In this document: in pieces, positions 49,319 through 59,207 of the stretch
Numbering within the stretch: position 1 is the stretch's first letter
How the letters are laid out: each line of letters opens with the position of its first letter
NCBI GenBank assembly: GCA_003249105.1
Contig: QBLT01000002.1
Span: 2,505 to 66,504 of the forward strand
DNA length: 64,000 nt
Direction of reading: 5' to 3'
Source: Leptolyngbya sp.
Lineage (GTDB): Bacteria > Cyanobacteriota > Cyanobacteriia > Phormidesmidales > Phormidesmidaceae
The notes under the pieces: model-generated
Seen by the model: only the letters and a program-made list of their open reading frames with translations
What the model was told of the DNA's origin: nothing
Database searches by the model: none
Position numbers and translations under genes: made by a program

Positions 49319-50266
49319 GTGGCACAGTTTCATGTTGATTGCGTAGAGTCTGTCGTTGAAAACGACCAAAGTCAATACGGTCGATTTGTCATCGAGCCTC
49401 TAGAGCGTAGTCAGGGTACTACCGTAGGCAACTCGCTAAGGCGAGTATTGCTATCTAACCTAGAGGGTATTGCAATTACAGCTGTGAGAATTGCTGGGGC
49501 GACCCATGAGTTCTCAACCATCGTTGGTGTGCGGGAAGATGTTCTCGACATTCTTCTCAACATGAAGGAGATTGTCCTCAGAAGCTACACCAGCCAGCCC
49601 CAAATCGGTCGTCTTCTAGTTCAAGGACCGGCTCGGGTGACGGCAGGTCACTTTGAACTGCCGTCTGAGGTGGAAGTGGTCAATCCTGAGCAGTATGTAG
49701 CGACAGTGGCCGACGGCCATACGCTGGAGATGGAGTTTAGGATTGAGCGGGGTCAGGGCTATCGGGCCGTGGAACGGAGTAAAGACGATGTCACTGCGCT
49801 AGACTTTATCCAAATTGACTCGGTATTTATGCCGGTCAAAAAAGTAAATTATACCGTTGAAGAGGTTGTCGTTTCTGGATCCATGCAGCGCGATCAGCTG
49901 ATCATGGATATTTGGACAAATGGCAGTATCACGCCCCAGCAAGCGATGAGCCAGGCCGCCGACATTTTAGTGGGTCTGTTTATGCCCCTCAAGGATGTCA
50001 CCTTAGAGCCCAAGTTTGATGAAGAGGTTAAGGAAGAAGACCCCAATAACCAAATTCCCATCGAGGAGCTAAGGCTTTCGGTACGGGCCTACAACTGCCT
50101 GAAGCGGGCACAAATTAATTCTGTAGCCGACTTACTGGACTTCAGTCAAGAAGATCTTCTAGAGATCAAAAACTTCGGCCAGAAATCTGCTGAAGAGGTA
50201 ATTGAGGCTCTTCAAGAGCGTTTGGGTATCACCCTACCCCTTGAGAAGGCTTCTAAAACAGCCTGA
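49319..50266 (+). CDS. rpoA: RNA polymerase alpha subunit
   Basis: EPLERSQGTTVGNSLRRVLLS, LSVRAYNCLKRA, NFGQKS. Confidence 0.99.
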   Translation: MAQFHVDCVESVVENDQSQYGRFVIEPLERSQGTTVGNSLRRVLLSNLEGIAITAVRIAGATHEFSTIVGVREDVLDILLNMKEIVLRSYTSQPQIGRLLVQGPARVTAGHFELPSEVEVVNPEQYVATVADGHTLEMEFRIERGQGYRAVERSKDDVTALDFIQIDSVFMPVKKVNYTVEEVVVSGSMQRDQLIMDIWTNGSITPQQAMSQAADILVGLFMPLKDVTLEPKFDEEVKEEDPNNQIPIEELRLSVRAYNCLKRAQINSVADLLDFSQEDLLEIKNFGQKSAEEVIEALQERLGITLPLEKASKTA

Positions 50267-50369
50267 TCCCAGAGTTAGCATTAGAACTTAAAAACCTGAT
50301 GCGCTAAGTGCTCTAGTTTTTCCTTGGGTACCTATTCTTTAATTTTGTCGTTCATCTGAGTTCAGTACC

Positions 50370-50720
50370 ATGCGTCACCAGTGTCGCGTTCATCAACTTG
50401 GGAAGCCCGCAGACCAGCGCAAAGCCCTGCTGCGTTCCCTAACCACAGAGCTAATTCGCCACGGTCGAATTACCACGACCAAGGCTCGGGCTAGAGCCGT
50501 GCGCGAAGAAGCCGATCGTATGATCACCCTAGCTAAAGATGGTTCTTTGCCGGCCCGCCGACAGGCCATGGGGTACATCTATGACAAGCAGCTAGTGCAT
50601 GCCCTTTTTAGCCAAGCAAGTGAGCGCTACGGCAGTCGCAACGGTGGTTATACCCGCATCGTTAAAACTATTCGTCGCCGGGGTGATAACTCTGAGATGG
50701 CCATCATTGAGTTGACTTAG
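50370..50720 (+). CDS. rplQ: 50S ribosomal protein L17
   Basis: [18 protein letters not shown]. Confidence 0.99.
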   Translation: MRHQCRVHQLGKPADQRKALLRSLTTELIRHGRITTTKARARAVREEADRMITLAKDGSLPARRQAMGYIYDKQLVHALFSQASERYGSRNGGYTRIVKTIRRRGDNSEMAIIELT

Positions 50721-50766
50721 CCTATTTACCCTAGCGTTCCTGGTTGTTAGCCCCTAACCTGTCCTG

Positions 50767-51639
50767 ATGGAGAAGTTGTCACCTATACAGCGCAGTCTAG
50801 AAAGCCAGCCCGCAGAGTTTGCTCAGTCAACTCAGCGGGTGGCCTTGGTTGTGCAGTATGTGGGTACGCATCTTCACGGTTGGCAATGGCAACCTAATGC
50901 TCGTACGGTGCAGGGCGAGATTGAAGCTGCCATTCGTTCAGTTCTGGGTTACGAGGTGCGTCTCAACGGTGCAGGGCGAACTGACACGGGTGTCCATGCG
51001 GCAGCTCAAGTGGCTCATTTCGATGCGCCTGGCTTCATCCCAGCACATCGATGGGCCGATGTGCTCAATGCTCGCCTGCCGGAGGACATTTTGATTCGGG
51101 CTTCGGCGGCGGTCGATGATAACTGGCATGCCCAATTTTCAGCTTGCTGGCGGCGCTACCGCTATACCCTCTACACGGGGCAGCGGCCAAACCTGTTTGT
51201 GCGTCCTTTTGTGTGGCATTACTACCGCCAATATTTAGACCAGGGAAAAATTCAGGTGGCCCTCGATGCCATGGTGGGCCATCATGATATGACGGCCTTT
51301 CACCGAGCGCGCTCAGGCAAGAGTCATTCCTGGGTAGATCTACAGGTAGCTGAGTGTCGCCGCCAAGATACCTTTCTCACCGTTGAGCTTCAGGCCAAGG
51401 GTTTTTTGTATGGCATGGTGCGGCTGATTATGGGCCTGGTGGTCAAGGTAGGTAGTGGCGAGCTGACCCCGACGGAGTATGGTGAGCTATGGCAGCAACG
51501 TCAACGCCAGAAGGTCAAGTATGCGGCCCCTGCCCAAGGGTTGTGCCTACTTCGGGTTGGTTACGACGACCACCCCTTTTCCCAGGAAGTTTGGTTTGAT
51601 ACTCAGCCCCATTTTTTCTGGGGTTCGGCAGTAGCCTAA
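50767..51639 (+). CDS. truA: tRNA pseudouridine(38-40) synthase
   Basis: GWQWQP, AGRTDTGVHA, FLYGMVR. Confidence 0.97.
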   Translation: MEKLSPIQRSLESQPAEFAQSTQRVALVVQYVGTHLHGWQWQPNARTVQGEIEAAIRSVLGYEVRLNGAGRTDTGVHAAAQVAHFDAPGFIPAHRWADVLNARLPEDILIRASAAVDDNWHAQFSACWRRYRYTLYTGQRPNLFVRPFVWHYYRQYLDQGKIQVALDAMVGHHDMTAFHRARSGKSHSWVDLQVAECRRQDTFLTVELQAKGFLYGMVRLIMGLVVKVGSGELTPTEYGELWQQRQRQKVKYAAPAQGLCLLRVGYDDHPFSQEVWFDTQPHFFWGSAVA

Positions 51640-51711
51640 GGTTTATCCGGTTTTGTTTAGCTCGTTTGTTTTATTTAGTGTGGTTCATTCAAGAAAGGCA
51701 GCTCAAGCGCT

Positions 51712-52170
51712 ATGACTACTAAGACCTACATTCCCCCCACCGATTCTATTCAGAGGCAGTGGCACGTAATCGACGCTGAAGGTCAGCGCCTGGGACGGTT
51801 GGCAACCGAAATTGCCACTATTCTACGCGGCAAAAACAAGCCGACTTTTACTCCCCATATGGACACTGGCGACTTTGTTGTCGTGGTGAACGCTGAAAAA
51901 GTGGTGGTTACTGGCCGTAAGTCCAGCACCAAGCTCTACCGACGCCACTCGGGTCGTCCTGGGGGAATGAAGGTTGAGACCTTCGACAAGCTCCAGGCGC
52001 GGATTCCGGCGCGGATTCTTGAGCAGGCCGTGAAGGGCATGCTGCCGAAGAACTCTTTGGGTCGTAGGCAGTTCACCAAGCTCAAGGTGTACGCTGGGCC
52101 GGAGCATCCCCACCAGGCTCAGAATCCTGTGATCCACACTGTAAACACTATTCCTGGAGAAGCTAAATAA
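51712..52170 (+). CDS. rplM: 50S ribosomal protein L13
   Basis: [23 protein letters not shown]. Confidence 0.99.
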   Translation: MTTKTYIPPTDSIQRQWHVIDAEGQRLGRLATEIATILRGKNKPTFTPHMDTGDFVVVVNAEKVVVTGRKSSTKLYRRHSGRPGGMKVETFDKLQARIPARILEQAVKGMLPKNSLGRRQFTKLKVYAGPEHPHQAQNPVIHTVNTIPGEAK

Positions 52171-52583
52171 TGCAGGCTACCGATCAATCTGAACGGGCTG
52201 TGTACTGGGGTACCGGTCGCCGCAAGACCTCCATCGCGCGGGTACGTCTAGTGCCCGGAAGCGGTCAGCTAGTAATCAATAAGCGCCCTGGTGATGATTA
52301 TCTACAGTTCAACCCGGCCTATCTGAACGCCACCAAGGCGCCCCTTGAGGTGCTGGGTTTGGAAAACGCCTACGACATTCTAGTCAATGTCAAAGGCGGC
52401 GGCCTGACAGGTCAAGCGGATGCCATTCGGCTTGGGGTAGCCCGAGCGCTGTGTGAGCTTGACCCCGAAAACCGCAAGCCTCTCAAAGTAGAAGGGTATT
52501 TAACTCGTGATCCTCGGGCTAAGGAGCGTCGCAAGTACGGTCTGAAGAAGGCCCGTAAGGCACCTCAGTTCTCCAAGCGCTAG
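52170..52583 (+). CDS. rpsI: 30S ribosomal protein S9
   Basis: [26 protein letters not shown]. Confidence 0.99.
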   Translation: MQATDQSERAVYWGTGRRKTSIARVRLVPGSGQLVINKRPGDDYLQFNPAYLNATKAPLEVLGLENAYDILVNVKGGGLTGQADAIRLGVARALCELDPENRKPLKVEGYLTRDPRAKERRKYGLKKARKAPQFSKR

Positions 52584-52711
52584 ATTGAATTTAGGGATTT
52601 AGACAGGGTTTGGCAAAGCTCAAACTTTGGGTTCTTGCCATTACTGCTAAATCGCTGCTTCTAGGCTATTAAGTTTGTCCTCATTCTGTTGACGTTGTTT
52701 CAAACCCTGTT

Positions 52712-52960
52712 ATGGCAAAGTCTGATATTCATCCCACTTGGTACCCCGAGGCCAAAGTCTTCTGCGATGGTAAAGAGATTATGACCGTGGGCTCTACCAA
52801 GCCTGAACTGCATGTAGATGTGTGGTCTGGAAATCACCCGTTCTACACTGGTACCCAGAAAATTATTGACACGGAAGGCCGTGTTGAGCGCTTTCTTCGT
52901 AAGTACGGTATGGCTGATACATCGGCTACTACCACCGACGACGCTGCCGACAAGGCCTAG
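52712..52960 (+). CDS. rpmE: 50S ribosomal protein L31
   Basis: IHPTWY, NHPFYTG, EGRVERF. Confidence 0.98.
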   Translation: MAKSDIHPTWYPEAKVFCDGKEIMTVGSTKPELHVDVWSGNHPFYTGTQKIIDTEGRVERFLRKYGMADTSATTTDDAADKA

Positions 52961-53020
52961 TTTGCTGTGCTTTAGTAGTAGGGCAAAGCATTCTGGCTAG
53001 ACGGCGGACACAAGGGGACT

Positions 53021-54121
53021 ATGGCTGAGGCGTACTTAATCGAAAAACTCAACTCTGTGGAACAAACGTTTCAAGAGCTGACGCGGAGAATGGCTGACCC
53101 TGATGTAGCTAAGGATCCGGATGAGTTTCAGCGTATCGCCAAGTCTAGATCTTCGCTAGAGGAAACGGTCACAACCTACGCTGAGTGGAAATCTACCGGC
53201 GAGGAACTGGCCGATGCACGCGAAATCTACAAGGAAGCTAACAGCGATCCTGAGATGAAGGCAATGGCGGGTCTAGAGGTTGAGGCTCTAGACACAAGGC
53301 TAGCGGAGCTAGAAGCTCGACTCAAGGTGCTACTGCTACCGCGCGATCCCAATGATGACAAAAACATCATGTTGGAAATTCGTGCCGGTACTGGCGGTGA
53401 TGAGGCTAGTATCTGGGCTGGAGACTTGGTGCGCCTCTATTCTCGCTATGCCGAAACGCAGGGCTGGCGCGTAAAGCTGCTCAGCGAGTCGGCGGCCGAT
53501 ATGGGCGGCTTTAAAGAAGCAATTTTAGAAATTGCGGGCGATCGCGTCTATAGCCAGCTCAAGTTTGAGGCGGGAGTTCACCGCGTTCAGCGGGTGCCGG
53601 TCACTGAGGCGGGCGGGCGGGTGCATACCTCTACGGCTACTGTGGCAATTATGCCTGAGGTAGACGAAGTAGAAGTGCAAATCGATCCTAAGGATATTGA
53701 GCTCACCACGGCGCGATCGGGTGGGGCCGGTGGCCAAAACGTCAACAAGGTAGAAACAGCGGTTGACCTAATCCACAAGCCCACGGGCATTCGTGTGTTT
53801 TGCACTGAGGAGCGATCGCAGCTGAAGAACCGCGAGCGAGCCATGCAGATTCTGCGGGCTAAGCTCTTTGACATAAAGATGCGAGAGCAGCAGGAGGCCG
53901 TATCTTCGATGCGGAAGTCTCAGGTGGGCAGTGGGGCGCGATCGGAAAAAATTCGCACCTACAACTACAAAGACAACCGGGTGACTGACCATCGCCTCAA
54001 CCAGAACTTTACCCTCACCCCGGTTTTAGAAGGGGATATTGAAGACCTGATTCAATCCTGCGTTAGTCGAGACCAGCAGGAGCGATTAGAAGAACTGGCG
54101 GCCGAGTCATCTGCGGTCTAG
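53021..54121 (+). CDS. prfA: peptide chain release factor 1
   Basis: GTGGDEA, PVT tripeptide (RVPVTE), GAGGQNVN. Confidence 0.98.
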   Translation: MAEAYLIEKLNSVEQTFQELTRRMADPDVAKDPDEFQRIAKSRSSLEETVTTYAEWKSTGEELADAREIYKEANSDPEMKAMAGLEVEALDTRLAELEARLKVLLLPRDPNDDKNIMLEIRAGTGGDEASIWAGDLVRLYSRYAETQGWRVKLLSESAADMGGFKEAILEIAGDRVYSQLKFEAGVHRVQRVPVTEAGGRVHTSTATVAIMPEVDEVEVQIDPKDIELTTARSGGAGGQNVNKVETAVDLIHKPTGIRVFCTEERSQLKNRERAMQILRAKLFDIKMREQQEAVSSMRKSQVGSGARSEKIRTYNYKDNRVTDHRLNQNFTLTPVLEGDIEDLIQSCVSRDQQERLEELAAESSAV

Positions 54122-54170
54122 GAATCCTTGGGGTCATGGGCGGTCAGGATACTAATCAGAAATTTTTTGC

Positions 54171-54198
54171 CCAAAATCAAAACTCCAAAATCCAAAAT
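54171..54198 (+). repeat. STRR-like heptamer tandem (CCAAAAT)x4
   Basis: CCAAAAT CAAAACT CCAAAAT CCAAAAT. Confidence 0.7.
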
Positions 54199-54236
54199 TG
54201 GAACTAGGCTGAGGAAGTAGCGCTGCGAGCCGCCTG

Positions 54237-55571
54237 ATGGCTAAGTTTCTCCATATTGCCGACATTCACCTGGGGTTTGATCGCTACGACACCCCTGAGC
54301 GCACCAAAGACTTTTTTCGCGCCCTGCAAACGGTGTTGGAACGATACGCTGTTGAGGAGGGAGTGGACTTTGTGGCGATCGCGGGCGATCTCTTCGAGCA
54401 CCGCAACATTAAACCCGCTACCCTCAACCAGGCTCAGGTTTGTCTCCAAATGCTAAGGGAGGCCAATATTCCAGTGGTAGCTATTGAGGGCAACCACGAC
54501 AATCGCCCCTACGGCACCCGCACCAGCTGGCTCAAGTACCTTTCTGAGTGGAACCTACTCAAGCTGCTGGAGCCCAACGACGGCGCCAACGCCGAAGAGC
54601 GTCTCACCACGTGGAATGACAACACCCGCTCTGGCGGCTATATCGATTTGGCCTGCGGCGTGCGGGTGATTGGCTCTAACTGGTATGGAGCCACTGCCCC
54701 TCGCGCTATTGAGCTGTTAGCTGACGCTATTAAAGACCTGCCCGCCGGGCCTGAGCATACAGTTTTGCTGTTTCACCACGGTCTAGAGGGGCAAATCTCT
54801 CGCTACGCCGGGGCGCTGCGCTACAGCGAACTGCTGCCGCTCAAGGAGGCCGGGGTAGATTATTTGGCCCTGGGACACATCCACAAAAATTACACTGCCG
54901 AGGGGTGGGTGTTTAATCCTGGCTCATTAGAGGCTAACAACGTTGAGGAGAGCCGCTATGCCCGAGGGGCTTACCTGGTGGAGCTGTTGCCCAATGGCGT
55001 CGACGCGCAGCTCAAGACAGATTACTTCCAGCGCCCCATCGAACGGGTAGAGCTGGTGGCCAAGGGCCAGGAAAGCCTGGACGAACTAAACCAGATGGCG
55101 CTAGATTGCGCGATCGCCGCCGCTTCTAAACACCAGACTGGCATCGCCCCCATTCTTGAACTCAAAATTACCGGCCAGGTAGGCTTTGATCGGCTCGAAC
55201 TCGACACGCGCCGCCTACAGGAAGCCATTAAAGCTGCCAGCAATGCCCTCGTGGTGCTGGTTAAGTATGACGTGGAGGATGTGGCCTATCAAACTCCCCT
55301 CAACGATGGCCAAAATCGAGTTGAAATTGAGCAATCTATTTTTGAGGATATGCTCACCGCCCACCGCGACTACAAGAGCAGAGCCCCCGAACTCGCCCAA
55401 GGACTTACCGACCTCAAAGATCGCCAGCTTTCTGGGGCAGACGAAATCGCGCTCTATGGACTCGTCGAAACGCTGCTGGGCTTAGACAGTCAGGCAGAAC
55501 ACTCCAAAGACCTACTAGACACAAGCCAAGACGCCTCAGAAAATTTGCAGGCTAACAGTCAGCCTACATAA
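54237..55571 (+). CDS. sbcD: SbcD/Mre11-family metallophosphoesterase nuclease
   Basis: HIADIHLG, AGDLF, GNHD, LALGHIH. Confidence 0.88.
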   Translation: MAKFLHIADIHLGFDRYDTPERTKDFFRALQTVLERYAVEEGVDFVAIAGDLFEHRNIKPATLNQAQVCLQMLREANIPVVAIEGNHDNRPYGTRTSWLKYLSEWNLLKLLEPNDGANAEERLTTWNDNTRSGGYIDLACGVRVIGSNWYGATAPRAIELLADAIKDLPAGPEHTVLLFHHGLEGQISRYAGALRYSELLPLKEAGVDYLALGHIHKNYTAEGWVFNPGSLEANNVEESRYARGAYLVELLPNGVDAQLKTDYFQRPIERVELVAKGQESLDELNQMALDCAIAAASKHQTGIAPILELKITGQVGFDRLELDTRRLQEAIKAASNALVVLVKYDVEDVAYQTPLNDGQNRVEIEQSIFEDMLTAHRDYKSRAPELAQGLTDLKDRQLSGADEIALYGLVETLLGLDSQAEHSKDLLDTSQDASENLQANSQPT

Positions 55572-56310
55572 ACCAGACAGTCAAAAAATGGCGCTGCTGC
55601 CAGATCATAGCTACACCGCTCACCGCTACAAAGGCAAACACCAGCTGCCTAAACTGCTGGGCAGACATTTTTGCCAGCACGATCTTACCCAGCCAGTTAG
55701 CCGGTATGGCTCCCAGTCCAATTACCAATCCGTAGAGCAGGTAGTCGGAACTGAGGCTACCAAAGGCAGCGTAGGCTACTAACTTAACCAGGTGCAGCAC
55801 CGCCTTGTTGAAAGCCTTGGTGGCTACCATGGCTTCTTTTTCTAGCCCGTAGTTTAAATACAGCGGATTCATGACTGGGCCAGTGCTGCCGATTAGCCCA
55901 GACCCAATGGCGTTAATCAAGGACAGCGGCAAAAAGTACCAGGCTTTGACCGCAAACTGAGCATCTTTGGGAACCAGCAGATAGTTGGCAACCATTGCCA
56001 GCAGCCCGATGCCGAGCAGGAATTGCAGCCCCTCCACGTGAATCTGGGTGAGTCCATAACCACCAATAATGGCTCCCACCGTAGCCCCTGGTACGTACCA
56101 GGCTGTTACTTGCCAGTCCACATGGTGCCAAAAGGAAATTCCCCGTTGGGTATTGCCAATCAGCAGCCCCGTCGTAATTACCGGGGCTACCGCTGGGGTT
56201 CCCAGCAGCAGAGAAATCATGGGAATTAGAATAAACGGGCTGCCGCCCCCTGCTAGCATGCTAAGAAACCAGGCTAGGAAACTAGCAACAAAAAGGCTAA
56301 CGGCAATCAT
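55564..56310 (-). CDS. TauE/SafE (TSUP) family membrane transporter
   Basis: LAGGGSPF, VPGATVGA, GLIGSTGP; about 8 TM helices. Confidence 0.85.
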   Translation of the reverse strand: MIAVSLFVASFLAWFLSMLAGGGSPFILIPMISLLLGTPAVAPVITTGLLIGNTQRGISFWHHVDWQVTAWYVPGATVGAIIGGYGLTQIHVEGLQFLLGIGLLAMVANYLLVPKDAQFAVKAWYFLPLSLINAIGSGLIGSTGPVMNPLYLNYGLEKEAMVATKAFNKAVLHLVKLVAYAAFGSLSSDYLLYGLVIGLGAIPANWLGKIVLAKMSAQQFRQLVFAFVAVSGVAMIWQQRHFLTVWFM

Positions 56311-56492
56311 ATGATCAGCAGCAACAGTGGCGTTGTTGCTTAGTCTAGAGGGCAACTGTAACCCTCTGCCATGTTTTGTCTCCCCAACTGTTATCAAACG
56401 GTCATCCACAGAAGGAAGAAACAGAATGGGAATAGTTGGTTATCCTTGAACTTCGAACTTTTCCTCTGCTTTTCTACCCTAAATAGCGGCGT

Positions 56493-59030
56493 ATGGCGCA
56501 GCCCATAGACCCCAACTCCCAAGCTTCTACCCCTAATAATCGCTCTGGTGCTTCAGCTAAGCAGGTGTACCAGCAGGCGGTGATTGCTTTTAAAGCCCAA
56601 AACTATGATCAAGCCCTAGCGCTTTTTCAGCGTCTGAGGCGGTTGCCACCGGGTTCTCCCTACTATCTCAAGGCTGTGATGGGTCAGGTAAAGGTACACC
56701 AGCGCTTGAAGCAGGTTGACCAGGCCCGATCGGGTTGCCAAGTTCTGCTCGACAGTTCTTCGCCGGAGGCGCAGCAGTGGGCGCAGCAGGTTTTGAGCCA
56801 GCTACCCGACAGCACCAAGGTAGCTGCCCCTGCGGCAAGCCCACTAACCAACCCATCAGCTAAGGCCGACTTGAGCGGCTTTGTACCGTTAGCAGACACT
56901 ACAAGTTCTCAGTCTTCACCGCCTTCACCACCAAAATCTGCATTCCCAAAAACACCGACCCCCCTCCCTGAGCCAGAAAACCTTGATCAGCTGAAGCCGG
57001 AAGACGCTAATTTGAATGCCGCTGAGGCGGGGGAACCAGAGCCAGCTTACCAATCGCTCTTTCACTTTCAGCAGCTCAACCAGCGCCCGGGTATCGATCA
57101 AAACGGTAGCGGTCTTCCTCCGGTTACCACCGCCGATGCAGCGATTCCGGCGTCTAAATCCAGTGATGAGCCAGTCTCGCAATCGAGAGCTACCCCAAGT
57201 TATCAGCGGCGTCCCCAGGATCCTTTGCCAAAGTACCCGCTGGGGCTTTGGTTGCAGCAAGGGCTGACGGCGATCGCTCTGCTCTGGGGGATAAACTGGG
57301 CCATCCATTTTGCCCTTCGAACCGTGGATAGGCTGCTGCAATGGGTACGGTGGCCGGTACAGCTTCGTTTGCCGGGGGCGAGCCAGAACTACACTGTTTG
57401 GGTGATCAGCGGGCTGGTGCTGCTAGCCCTGGCCAGCCCGTGGATTATGGATTTTGCCCTGGCTTTTTGGCATGGCCAAAAGCCGCTATCAACCCGCCAG
57501 CTCCAGGGCTACAGCCCTGAAGCCCTGCGCCTGTTGCGCCAGGTGTGCCGCCAGCGCGGTTGGCAAATGCCCGAGCTGCGAGTTATCCCCGATCCGGCTC
57601 CTCTGTGCTTTAGCTATGGCTGGCTGGCGCGCAATACTCGCATTGTCGTCAGTCAGGGAATTTTAGACCAGGGGACTGATGAGATAGTGACGGCGCTGTA
57701 TGGGTGCGAATTGGCCCGGATGGTGAACGGGAGCGGAGCGGTTCTCTCGGCGGTAGGGCTGCTGCTGCTGCTGTTGCACAGCGCTTACCATCGCCTAGCC
57801 CAGGGTGGAGATAGATTAGCCCAACCCCTCCTACGCAATAGCTTAGGAGTACTATCGAGCATTTTTTATGGTCTGTTTTGGCTGCTGCGGCAGCTGATGC
57901 TATGGCTGTCGAGGCTGTGCTGTAGCTGGGGCGATCGCCGCGCCATTGACCTCACGCAGCACCCCGACCACCTAGCGGATGGGCTGCTCCAGTTGACTGA
58001 GGCGATCGCAATCGACCTCCAGCAGCGGGACACCCTCCACCCCTTGCTCACTAGCCTAGAGATTTTAATGCCCGTCAGCGGTCGCCAGGCAATTACCCCA
58101 GGCAGCCTCCTGGCACAGGTAGACCGCGATGGTCAAAACCTGAATCCAGAAAACAATGCCGCCAGCGATCGCTTCGCGAATCGCGCCAATACCATCGCTA
58201 CCCTGCTGGCTATAGACAGCCTCAACCCCTACCGGCAGTGGCTGCGGGGCAGTGCCTCCCACCCACCCTTAGGCGAGCGACTGCTCAATCTTGGCCAGCA
58301 AGCTATCCTCCGCCAGCAGCCAACCACTGTCGCCTTACCGGTGGCACCTCGAACCTCCAACGGCTTTTCGCTCCCACTGCTGCTGCTGCAAAAAAGTCCG
58401 CTCGCGGGCCTCCTAACAGGGGTCGGAATCGCCATGGGGCTGTGGTTTATCGGTGGAATTGTCAACCGGCTGGGTTGGCAACGGTTAAGCTGGCTCTACC
58501 AAGACCCCAGCATTCTAATGGGAGGGCTGTGGTTGGGTTTAGGCCTAGGCTTATTGCTGCGTATCAATGCTCTGTTTCCCGATCCAGATAGCACGCCTTC
58601 CGTCAGACAGACGACTGCTACGGCCCCAACCACCACTGTTGAGCTACTCCACAGCAGCTCAGTTCTGCCCGTGCAAGGGAAGCCTATAACCCTGCGAGGT
58701 CAGTTGCGGGGTTCAGCAGGGTTAGAAAACTGGGGCTGCCAAAATTTGTATCTTGACGATGGGTTAGGGCTAGTCAAACTGGTTAACCCAGTCCCCCTAG
58801 GCAGTCTTCAAGGGCTATTTCAGCAGCGCAGTCACCCCCGGCAATGGGTAGGGCAGGCTGTTACGGTTAGCGGCTGGAGTCGCTATGGTGCTGGCCTGCT
58901 GTGGGTCGACATTCACCAGGTGCAGCTCAATTCCCAGCACCGCTTTCAGGCCTATGGCCCAAATTGGGCCACGCTCTTGAGTCTAGCTATCAGCCTGATG
59001 GGAATTTTGACGATTTTTCGAGGAGGCTAA
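56493..59030 (+). CDS. TPR-like + M48/HtpX-like membrane protein with degenerate zinc site
   Basis: N-terminal TPR-like helices; PELRVIPDPAPLCFSYG, IVVSQGIL, SHPPLGERL; CELAR in place of HExxH. Confidence 0.8.
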   Translation: MAQPIDPNSQASTPNNRSGASAKQVYQQAVIAFKAQNYDQALALFQRLRRLPPGSPYYLKAVMGQVKVHQRLKQVDQARSGCQVLLDSSSPEAQQWAQQVLSQLPDSTKVAAPAASPLTNPSAKADLSGFVPLADTTSSQSSPPSPPKSAFPKTPTPLPEPENLDQLKPEDANLNAAEAGEPEPAYQSLFHFQQLNQRPGIDQNGSGLPPVTTADAAIPASKSSDEPVSQSRATPSYQRRPQDPLPKYPLGLWLQQGLTAIALLWGINWAIHFALRTVDRLLQWVRWPVQLRLPGASQNYTVWVISGLVLLALASPWIMDFALAFWHGQKPLSTRQLQGYSPEALRLLRQVCRQRGWQMPELRVIPDPAPLCFSYGWLARNTRIVVSQGILDQGTDEIVTALYGCELARMVNGSGAVLSAVGLLLLLLHSAYHRLAQGGDRLAQPLLRNSLGVLSSIFYGLFWLLRQLMLWLSRLCCSWGDRRAIDLTQHPDHLADGLLQLTEAIAIDLQQRDTLHPLLTSLEILMPVSGRQAITPGSLLAQVDRDGQNLNPENNAASDRFANRANTIATLLAIDSLNPYRQWLRGSASHPPLGERLLNLGQQAILRQQPTTVALPVAPRTSNGFSLPLLLLQKSPLAGLLTGVGIAMGLWFIGGIVNRLGWQRLSWLYQDPSILMGGLWLGLGLGLLLRINALFPDPDSTPSVRQTTATAPTTTVELLHSSSVLPVQGKPITLRGQLRGSAGLENWGCQNLYLDDGLGLVKLVNPVPLGSLQGLFQQRSHPRQWVGQAVTVSGWSRYGAGLLWVDIHQVQLNSQHRFQAYGPNWATLLSLAISLMGILTIFRGG

Positions 59031-59080
59031 CTGGGGCAACGTGAAGTTGTGTTGCGACAATGGCGCATTAATGTTAACTT

Positions 59081-59207
59081 AGTTTACAGAAACACATTCC
59101 TGGGTGCCTGGGTCGACCTTCCGGGGTCGGTCTTGGGGTTGTTAGGTAATGGGTTCTCCTACTCTCAACACAGCAAATGAACCAGCCTTAACGGCTGGTT
59201 TTTATTT
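59081..59207 (+). ncRNA. candidate small RNA (~125 nt)
   Basis: ORF-free; TAATGT -10 at 59069-74; internal stems; terminator AACCAGCC-ttaac-GGCTGGTT plus T-run. Inferred. Confidence 0.45.

Noticed and set aside
31881-52960. Absence of rpsJ, rpsN, rpmD and rpsD from the ribosomal cluster
   Set aside because: Normal for cyanobacteria: these genes lie elsewhere or, for rpmD, are generally absent.
53021-54121. Programmed frameshift in the release-factor gene
   Set aside because: The frame is continuous and has the RF1 PVT motif; the frameshift belongs to prfB.
59073-59089. TGTTAACTTAGTTTACA as an NtcA site
   Set aside because: The spacing does not fit GTA-N8-TAC; kept only as a weak HLR1-like repeat.
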